DNA of 64,000 nt. Source: an uncultured delta proteobacterium. Lineage in GTDB: Bacteria; Desulfobacterota; RBG-13-43-22. How positions within the stretch are numbered: the first letter of the stretch is position 1; every line of letters begins with the position of its first letter. Where the stretch lies: positions 640,001 through 704,000 of the forward strand of contig CAWJJC010000028.1 of the NCBI GenBank assembly GCA_963843145.1, written 5' to 3'. Of this stretch, positions 57,488-64,000 are shown piece by piece. The notes beneath the pieces are model-generated. The model had not been told where the DNA came from. It saw only the letters and a program-made list of their open reading frames with translations, and made no database searches. The position numbers were made by a program, and so were the translations under genes.

Positions 57488-58306
57488 TTGGGCGCCTCCC
57501 TTTCGTCCCACTTTCAGCGCTTTCTCACCGCTGCCATCATCATCCCTTTCCTCTTCGCCTATATCGTCTGGGGTGGACCGCTGCTTTTCGCCCTGCTGAT
57601 TTGGGTCGGCTTGCTGGTGGGGACCTATGAATACGTCCATCTGATGGGGGCGGGGTGGAAATACCGGGAGGTCGGCTTGCACGGGATCCTGGGAACTATC
57701 GCTTTGACAGGCGCCTATTTCCTCGGGTTGGAAGGTCTTTTCGGGGCCTTGATTTTCAATTTTATGGTCCTGATTATTTATCTCGTCCTGACTTTCAAGG
57801 AAAGCGATCTGTTTTTTGACCATCTGGGAAGACAGCTTTTCGCATTATGTTATCTGCCCCTCTTTCTTCCTTTCTTTATCCTCCTGCGAGGAGGCCCGCA
57901 GGGGATCCACTGGATTTTTTTTCTGCTGGCGGTGAATTATGCCGGTGATACGGCCGCCTATTACACGGGCCGGACCTTTGGCCGGAATAAATTGGCCCCG
58001 GCGGTCAGTCCCAAAAAAACCAGGGAAGGATCCATCGGCGGATTGGCTGCCAATGTTTTGGTGGCCTGGATTTTCCAGCAGACGCTTTTTAATTCGCTTC
58101 CCGCCGGAGAGATGATTCTGCTGGGCCTGACCGTGGGGATACTCAGCCAGTTCGGCGATTTGCTGGAATCCATGATCAAAAGGTCTTCCAGGGTCAAGGA
58201 CTCCGGAAATCTTTTTCCGGGGCATGGAGGGTTATTGGACCGAGTGGACAGCCTGCTCTTGCCGGCCCCCGTGATTTATTTTTTTCTTCGAGTCTGGCAC
58301 GGATGA
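57488..58306 (+). CDS. cdsA: phosphatidate cytidylyltransferase
   Basis: DTAAYYTG, SPKKT.EG, GDLLESMIKR...KDSG..FPGHGGLLDRVDS. Confidence 0.95.
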   Translation: MGASLSSHFQRFLTAAIIIPFLFAYIVWGGPLLFALLIWVGLLVGTYEYVHLMGAGWKYREVGLHGILGTIALTGAYFLGLEGLFGALIFNFMVLIIYLVLTFKESDLFFDHLGRQLFALCYLPLFLPFFILLRGGPQGIHWIFFLLAVNYAGDTAAYYTGRTFGRNKLAPAVSPKKTREGSIGGLAANVLVAWIFQQTLFNSLPAGEMILLGLTVGILSQFGDLLESMIKRSSRVKDSGNLFPGHGGLLDRVDSLLLPAPVIYFFLRVWHG

Positions 58307-59490
58307 GCTATCCGATGAACGCTCCCAAGATCATCGCCCTGTTAGGCAGCACCGGTTCTATCGGAACCCAAGCATTGGAATTGGTTAAACAATTTCCTGA
58401 AAGATTTTCGGTTTGCGGATTAGTGGCCGGGAGAAATGTCTCCCTGCTCCAAAAACAAATCGAAATCTTCAGACCCCGCTGGGTTTCGGTGGCCACCGAG
58501 GAGGAAGCCCTTGCCCTGCATCAGGGCCGGGACCTTGGCTACACCCCGGATCGGATTTTGTGGGGTTTGGAAGGACATGATCAAATCGCTTCCATGGAGG
58601 AGGCTGAATTGGTTGTGTCGGCCCTGGTAGGGTCCGTGGGCCTGCGGCCCACTCTGGCGGCTATTCAGGCCGGGAAGGACGTGGCCTTGGCCAACAAGGA
58701 AACCCTGGTCATGGCCGGTCCCCTGGTCATGGCCGAAGCGCGTCGACAGGGAGTCCGGATACTGCCGGTGGACAGTGAACACAGCGCGATTTTTCAGGTG
58801 CTCCAGGGGCAGCGGCGGGAATTGGTCAAGCGAATCATTTTGACGGCTTCCGGCGGTCCCTTTCGGGACCGTCCGCCGGAACAAATGGATCGGATCACCC
58901 GGGAAGAGGCCTTGCGGCATCCGAATTGGAAGATGGGGCCTAAAATTTCCATCGATTCGGCCACCCTGATGAACAAGGGACTGGAAGTCATGGAGGCCCA
59001 ATGGTTGTTCGGTGTTCCCTTGGAACAAGTGGCCATTACCATCCATCCCCAGAGCATCATTCACTCGCTGGTGGAGTTTCGGGATGGGTCGATTCTGGCC
59101 CAAATGGGACTTCCGAACATGCGGGTGCCGATCGCCTATGCCTTAGCCTATCCTGATCGATTGCCGCTAAACCAGGACTCGCTCGATATGACCCAACTGG
59201 CCGGTTTGACTTTTTTTGACCCGGACCCGGATAGATTTCCGTGCCTGGGACTGGCCCTCAGGGCGGCCAGGACCGGGCAAAGCCTGCCGATTGTCTTGAA
59301 TGCCGCCAACGAGGTGGCGGTGGAGGCCTTCCTGCGGGGGGAGTTGCCTTTTTCGGGGATCCCGGAAGTTATTCGCCGAATTATGGATGAGCATGTTATA
59401 ATTGCCCCGGAAGGGCTGGAAGAGATCTTAGCCGTCGATCTTCGGACTCGAGGGGAAACGGCCGCCTGTATTTCAAGCTTAAGAGAATAA
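58303..59490 (+). CDS. dxr: 1-deoxy-D-xylulose 5-phosphate reductoisomerase
   Basis: LGSTGSIG, LANKE, PVDSEHSA, HPNWKMG.KI, NKGLE, NAANE. Confidence 0.97.
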   Translation: MSYPMNAPKIIALLGSTGSIGTQALELVKQFPERFSVCGLVAGRNVSLLQKQIEIFRPRWVSVATEEEALALHQGRDLGYTPDRILWGLEGHDQIASMEEAELVVSALVGSVGLRPTLAAIQAGKDVALANKETLVMAGPLVMAEARRQGVRILPVDSEHSAIFQVLQGQRRELVKRIILTASGGPFRDRPPEQMDRITREEALRHPNWKMGPKISIDSATLMNKGLEVMEAQWLFGVPLEQVAITIHPQSIIHSLVEFRDGSILAQMGLPNMRVPIAYALAYPDRLPLNQDSLDMTQLAGLTFFDPDPDRFPCLGLALRAARTGQSLPIVLNAANEVAVEAFLRGELPFSGIPEVIRRIMDEHVIIAPEGLEEILAVDLRTRGETAACISSLRE

Positions 59491-59508
59491 AATTCCTAGG
59501 AATCGAGA

Positions 59509-60666
59509 GTGGAGTTTATGGAATCTTTTTTAGTGTTTTTAAGTGGATCGGCATCCGTCCTGGCCGGCGCCGTGCCGGTGGCGGGATGGGGGCAGTCTTT
59601 CCTGTTGAAAATCATCCCCTTTATCATCGTCCTGGGTCTCCTCATTTTTTGCCATGAACTGGGTCATTTCCTGGCCGCCAAAGCATTTGGAGTCAAGGTG
59701 ATTCGTTTTTCCTTCGGCCTGGGCCCGCGGCTGGTGGGGTTTAAATGGGGCGAAACCGATTATTGCCTTTCCGCCTTTCCCTTGGGCGGATTCGTCAAGA
59801 TGGTCGGAGAGGGGACCGATGAGGAGGTTTCTCCGGAAGAAGAGGAGCGCTCCTTTGCTCAAAAACCGATCTGGCAGAGAATAATCATCGTCTTCTGCGG
59901 TCCGTTGTTTAATTTTCTATTTGCTTTCATGGTGTTCTTTCTGGTTTTTCTGGCTATGGGGCAGATGTCGTTGACCAATGAAATCGGTGAGGTCAAGAAA
60001 GGGTATCCCGCTGAGCAGGCCGGATTGCGCCCCGGGGACAAGATCGTTCAAATCGCCGGAAAGCCGATCAGCGGTTGGAAAGAACTGCCGGAAACGATTC
60101 GAAAACACCCCCAACAGCCCCTCGCGGTCGTTTATGAACGAGGAAATCAGCGGTTTGAAGTCACTGTCACCCCCATTAAAAGTCCGGTAAAAAATATTTT
60201 TGGCGAGGAGGTCCAGGAGGCGGTCATCGGGATAACCCCGGCCGGGAAAATGATTAACCAGCACTTGACGCTTTTCGAATCCCTCCGGGATGGCGGGATC
60301 CAAACCTGGAATATCTCCAAATTGACCGTTACCAGCCTGGTCATGCTGGTTCAGCGGCGATTGCCTTTGGAAACCCTGGGCGGGCCCATTTTCATTGCCC
60401 AGTTAGCCGGCCAACAGGCCCAGGAAGGTTGGGTCAATCTGATTTTTTTTACGGCCTTACTGAGTATCAATTTGGGGATTTTGAATCTGTTGCCTATTCC
60501 CATATTGGATGGCGGTCACATTTTCTTCTTTCTAGTGGAATCCATTCTTCGCCGGCCATTGAGCCTGAAGTCCAGGGAGGTCGCCCAGCAGGTGGGGATG
60601 TTCGTCTTGATCCTGCTCATGGTCTTCGTGTTCTATAATGACTTGATCCGTCTTTTTAATAAATGA
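59509..60666 (+). CDS. rseP: RIP metalloprotease RseP
   Basis: HELGH, PLGGFV, PDZ domain, NLLPIPILDGG. Confidence 0.95.
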   Translation: MEFMESFLVFLSGSASVLAGAVPVAGWGQSFLLKIIPFIIVLGLLIFCHELGHFLAAKAFGVKVIRFSFGLGPRLVGFKWGETDYCLSAFPLGGFVKMVGEGTDEEVSPEEEERSFAQKPIWQRIIIVFCGPLFNFLFAFMVFFLVFLAMGQMSLTNEIGEVKKGYPAEQAGLRPGDKIVQIAGKPISGWKELPETIRKHPQQPLAVVYERGNQRFEVTVTPIKSPVKNIFGEEVQEAVIGITPAGKMINQHLTLFESLRDGGIQTWNISKLTVTSLVMLVQRRLPLETLGGPIFIAQLAGQQAQEGWVNLIFFTALLSINLGILNLLPIPILDGGHIFFFLVESILRRPLSLKSREVAQQVGMFVLILLMVFVFYNDLIRLFNK

Positions 60667-61373
60667 GAGTTCTGGCCCTCGACACCGCCAGCGAAATGGG
60701 GGCGATCGCCCTGGTGAAAGAGGATAGGCTCTTGGCCGAGATCCGGCTTCGGGTCGAAAAGACCCATTCTCGAAACCTTTGGAGAACCATTCATTTTCTC
60801 TTGGCGGAAACCGGCTGGGGATTGGAGCAGGTTGACCTCTGGGCCGTTTCCACCGGACCGGGAAGTTTCACCGGGGTACGGATCGGTCTGGCGACCGTCA
60901 AGGGACTGGCCTGGGTAACCCAAAAACCGGTGATCGGGGTTTCGACCTTGGACGTCCTGGCTTGGTCCGCGACCCCTACCCCTTATTTGATCTGCCCGAT
61001 CCTGGATGCGCGCCGCCAGGAAGTATATTTTGCCTTTTATCGCGCTACTCCGACGGGAGCGGTACTGATGGTCCGGGAACCGGGGCATTTAAAGCCCCTG
61101 GCTTTGGTGCAGGAGATTCAGGAACCGACCGTTTTTTTAGGGAACGGGGTGCGGCGCTATCGGGAAATATTGAGAGAACACCTAGGACCTCGGGCCCGGC
61201 TGGCGGAGGTCTGGAGCCATCCTCGTTCCGGCTTTGCCCTGGCGGCGATCGCGCAAAGACGGTTCCTGGGGGGGGAAGGCCAAAGTGCCGGGGAAATCAC
61301 CCCTTTCTACCTTCGTTCCGCCGATGCGGTCTTGAAGCCCAAGGAATCGCCTGGTAAAAAACCATGCGTCTGA
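60663..61373 (+). CDS. tsaB: tRNA threonylcarbamoyladenosine biosynthesis protein TsaB
   Basis: LALDTA, GPGSFTGVRIG, DARRQEVY, P.YLR. Confidence 0.94.
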   Translation: MRVLALDTASEMGAIALVKEDRLLAEIRLRVEKTHSRNLWRTIHFLLAETGWGLEQVDLWAVSTGPGSFTGVRIGLATVKGLAWVTQKPVIGVSTLDVLAWSATPTPYLICPILDARRQEVYFAFYRATPTGAVLMVREPGHLKPLALVQEIQEPTVFLGNGVRRYREILREHLGPRARLAEVWSHPRSGFALAAIAQRRFLGGEGQSAGEITPFYLRSADAVLKPKESPGKKPCV

Positions 61374-63142
61374 AAGTCGGCCACAAGCTGATTCTGATCT
61401 ATTTAGTTTCCCTCTGTCTGGCCCTTTCGGCGGTCCTGATTACCGCCCAATCCATTATTTCTCAGCAAGTTCAACGGCGGCACCAAAAAAAATTAGACGC
61501 CCTGGCCCAAAGCGTTTTTTTTCGATTGGATAAAGAAAAGGACCAGATTCGGCTGCTGATCCGGGCCATCGCCCATCTGGGCCAAATGGGTTATTGGGTG
61601 GACCAGGCCGAAGTCAAGGAGATCAAGCGGTTGGTCTACCCGGTCTTTAAGGATTCCGCTCTGGATATACTGTACATCGTCAGCCATCAACGGGGCGTAT
61701 TGGTCCAGTTTCAATCGGACCGCTTCACGCGTCTGGGCCGGCAGGATATACCCTTGATCCGCAAAGCGATCCTGGGGGATTATCGGCTGCGGCTGAGTCG
61801 TTGGGAAGGGGGGATTTTTCTGACCGGAAGCGCCCCCATTTTTATTGAAGAAACCGGTATCGGTCAGGTCTACGCCGGGATCCTGTTGAACAGCGACTTT
61901 GTCAGGGAGTTGGCCAAAGATACCGATGCCTTCATGGCCATCATCAAAGAGGGCAACGTGATCGCCAGCACCTTTTCCCAAAAAGGTGGGGAATCGGAAG
62001 AACTGGAGTTTTCGGAGGAGTTGCTTCAGGATATCAAGGCCCTCAAAGGGCAAACGCTGCCGGTGGACGTGGAAGACAACTTATACACCCTGAAGTCTCT
62101 CCCCTTGCGGGACGAGGACGGAAACCTTTTGGGTCTCCTGGCGATCGGTCTATCCCGCAGTGAATTCAACCAGACCGCCAATTCGCTGACGCACAATATC
62201 CTGCTGATCGGGGCCGTGGCAGCCGGGTTCGGGGTCCTTTTAACCTTTCTCCTGACCCATGGTCTACGGAAACAGATCAATTATTTATCCCAGGGGACGG
62301 AACGGATCAGTACCGGGACCTTAACCGGGGATATACCCGTGATCAGCCATGACGAATTGGGAAACCTGGCCCAGTCCTTTAACCAGATGGTGGATACCCT
62401 GAAGGAACGGGACCGGGGTCTGGAAGAAGAAAAAGAGAAGATTTTGGGCAACGTGGATTTTTTGTCCATGATGGTCCACGATGTGAAAGCCCCGATTGCC
62501 GGCATTCGCTTGATGACGGATATCCTTTTGGAAGAAGAGCAGCCCGGGGAGATCAGACCTCGGCTCTTGGGAATGCGGGAAAGCATTGAAGAACTGCTGG
62601 CCCATCTGCAAAATGTCCTATCCATTTCTCAGATTGAAAAAGGTCCTTTTACCTTGATTAAGGAAGAGGTTTCATTGAATTCCACCACCGCTTTCATCCG
62701 TTCCCAATGTCAAATTATGGCCGAAAGCAAGGGGATTCATTGGTTGGAGGAATACGATTCCTCCCTGCCCGATATGCCGGCCGACGAGTTTTATCTGGAG
62801 CGACTCATCTATAATCTCTTGATCAATGCCCTGCATTGGGCCCCGCGGGGCGGCTGGGTCCGCATCCGGACCGGGCGGCTGGAGGCCTCGGGGACCGAGG
62901 GAGTTTATTTAGAGGTCAGCGATAACGGCCCCGGGGTTTCCCCGGAGCAGAAGCCGCAACTATTCCAAAAATACAACTTCCAGCGCGGCAAAGGGGACAG
63001 TGCGGCGGCCCATTCCGGATTGGGATTGTATATCGCTCAATTGATTGCCAAGGCGCACCAGGGGTGGATCGAAGAGCAGGGCCGGGCGGGAGAGGGCGCC
63101 CGCTTTATTTTTTCCTTCCCCTTCCAGCCCCGGGGGGAATAG
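61364..63142 (+). CDS. membrane sensor histidine kinase (periplasmic domain, HAMP, HisKA, HATPase)
   Basis: Two TM segments; DELGNLAQSFNQM; HDVKAP; NLLINA; DNGPG; GLGL. Confidence 0.92.
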   Translation: MRLKVGHKLILIYLVSLCLALSAVLITAQSIISQQVQRRHQKKLDALAQSVFFRLDKEKDQIRLLIRAIAHLGQMGYWVDQAEVKEIKRLVYPVFKDSALDILYIVSHQRGVLVQFQSDRFTRLGRQDIPLIRKAILGDYRLRLSRWEGGIFLTGSAPIFIEETGIGQVYAGILLNSDFVRELAKDTDAFMAIIKEGNVIASTFSQKGGESEELEFSEELLQDIKALKGQTLPVDVEDNLYTLKSLPLRDEDGNLLGLLAIGLSRSEFNQTANSLTHNILLIGAVAAGFGVLLTFLLTHGLRKQINYLSQGTERISTGTLTGDIPVISHDELGNLAQSFNQMVDTLKERDRGLEEEKEKILGNVDFLSMMVHDVKAPIAGIRLMTDILLEEEQPGEIRPRLLGMRESIEELLAHLQNVLSISQIEKGPFTLIKEEVSLNSTTAFIRSQCQIMAESKGIHWLEEYDSSLPDMPADEFYLERLIYNLLINALHWAPRGGWVRIRTGRLEASGTEGVYLEVSDNGPGVSPEQKPQLFQKYNFQRGKGDSAAAHSGLGLYIAQLIAKAHQGWIEEQGRAGEGARFIFSFPFQPRGE

Positions 63143-63145
63143 ACG

Positions 63146-64000
63146 ATGGCCAGCATTCTGGTAGTGGATGATGATCTGAATACCTGTCAGGCCCTACAGT
63201 TGATGTTGGGCAAGGAGGGCCATGATCTCCTGGAAACCCATACCGGCAAGGAGGCCCTGGAAAGGATTCGGGGCGAAGCGGTGGATCTGGCCATCATCGA
63301 TTATAAGATGCCGGGAATGAACGGGCTGGAATTTTTTCAGGCCCTGAAGGCCCTCCGCCCGGAAGTCGTCGGGCTGATGATCTCCGCTCATGCCACGGTG
63401 GACCTGGCGGTCAGTGCCATCAAGGGCGGGGTTTTTGATTTTATCACCAAACCGTTTCGGATGGGGGATATCAAAAAGGCCATCGCCCGGGCCCTGGAGG
63501 CCCAGGCCTTGGTGATGGAAAACCGGCGCTTGCGTCAGGCCCTGAAAGAAAAGGCTTCTTTCTCCAGCATTGTCGGCAAAAGTCCGGCTTTTGTGCGGGT
63601 TATGGATCTAGTGGCCAAGATCGCACCGACCCGCAGTACCGTGCTGCTCACCGGAGAGAGCGGGACCGGGAAGGAGATTATCGCTGAGGCCCTTCATTTT
63701 GCAAGCACTCGGGAAGACCAGCCCCTGGTTAAGGTCAATTGCGGAGCACTTAATGAGAGTCTCTTGGAGTCCGAATTGTTTGGGCATGAAAAAGGGGCTT
63801 TCACCGGGGCCTTTCAACAACGCCTCGGCCGCTTTGAGTCGGCGGATAGAGGGACCATTTTTTTGGATGAAATCGGGGAAATGAGCCCGGGGATGCAGGT
63901 AAAAATGCTGCGGGTTCTCCAGGACGGGTTTCTGGAAAGGGTGGGCAGCAGCCGATCGATTGGAGTCGATGTACGGATCCTGGCCGCCACCAACCGGAAC
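63146..64000 (+). CDS. sigma54-dependent response regulator (NtrC/AtoC family), truncated by window edge
   Basis: [49 protein letters not shown]. Confidence 0.93.
   Translation, partial: MASILVVDDDLNTCQALQLMLGKEGHDLLETHTGKEALERIRGEAVDLAIIDYKMPGMNGLEFFQALKALRPEVVGLMISAHATVDLAVSAIKGGVFDFITKPFRMGDIKKAIARALEAQALVMENRRLRQALKEKASFSSIVGKSPAFVRVMDLVAKIAPTRSTVLLTGESGTGKEIIAEALHFASTREDQPLVKVNCGALNESLLESELFGHEKGAFTGAFQQRLGRFESADRGTIFLDEIGEMSPGMQVKMLRVLQDGFLERVGSSRSIGVDVRILAATNRN

Overview
A gene-dense, GC-rich chromosomal segment. Gene content suggests an anaerobic Desulfobacterota-like (deltaproteobacterial) organism; this is inference only. 1-17.2 kb: acyl-CoA degradation cluster (four acyl-CoA dehydrogenases, a three-part biotin-dependent acyl-CoA carboxylase, hydratases, MaoC+SCP2, FadN-like enzyme, thiolase, beta-keto acid cleavage enzyme). 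17.2-28 kb: accessory region (truncated sixA, AOR-family oxidoreductase with MoaD/ThiS, a ~245-nt candidate structured ncRNA resembling the raiA motif, a 14-repeat secreted beta-propeller protein, MFS transporter, cold-shock protein, XRE-cupin regulator). 28.3-51.8 kb: one long + strand run of a LIV-type ABC transporter, large HdrA/HdrL, selenocysteine-containing MvhD, MetV-MetF, a second split HdrA/HdrA-MvhD pair, HdrC, HdrB, an LbpA-like lipoyl carrier, a GlcD-GlcF fusion, a 2-hydroxyacyl-CoA dehydratase subunit with its activator, and a CoA ligase. 53.8-64 kb: core rpsB-tsf-pyrH-frr-uppS-cdsA-dxr-rseP-tsaB operon followed by a sigma54-type two-component system. Intergenic spaces carry several families of palindromic or MITE-like repeats, one adjoining a decayed GIY-YIG nuclease. 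Several single-base frameshifts are probably assembly errors. The best novelty candidates are the Hdr-LbpA-MetVF-hydroxyacid module and the raiA-like RNA.
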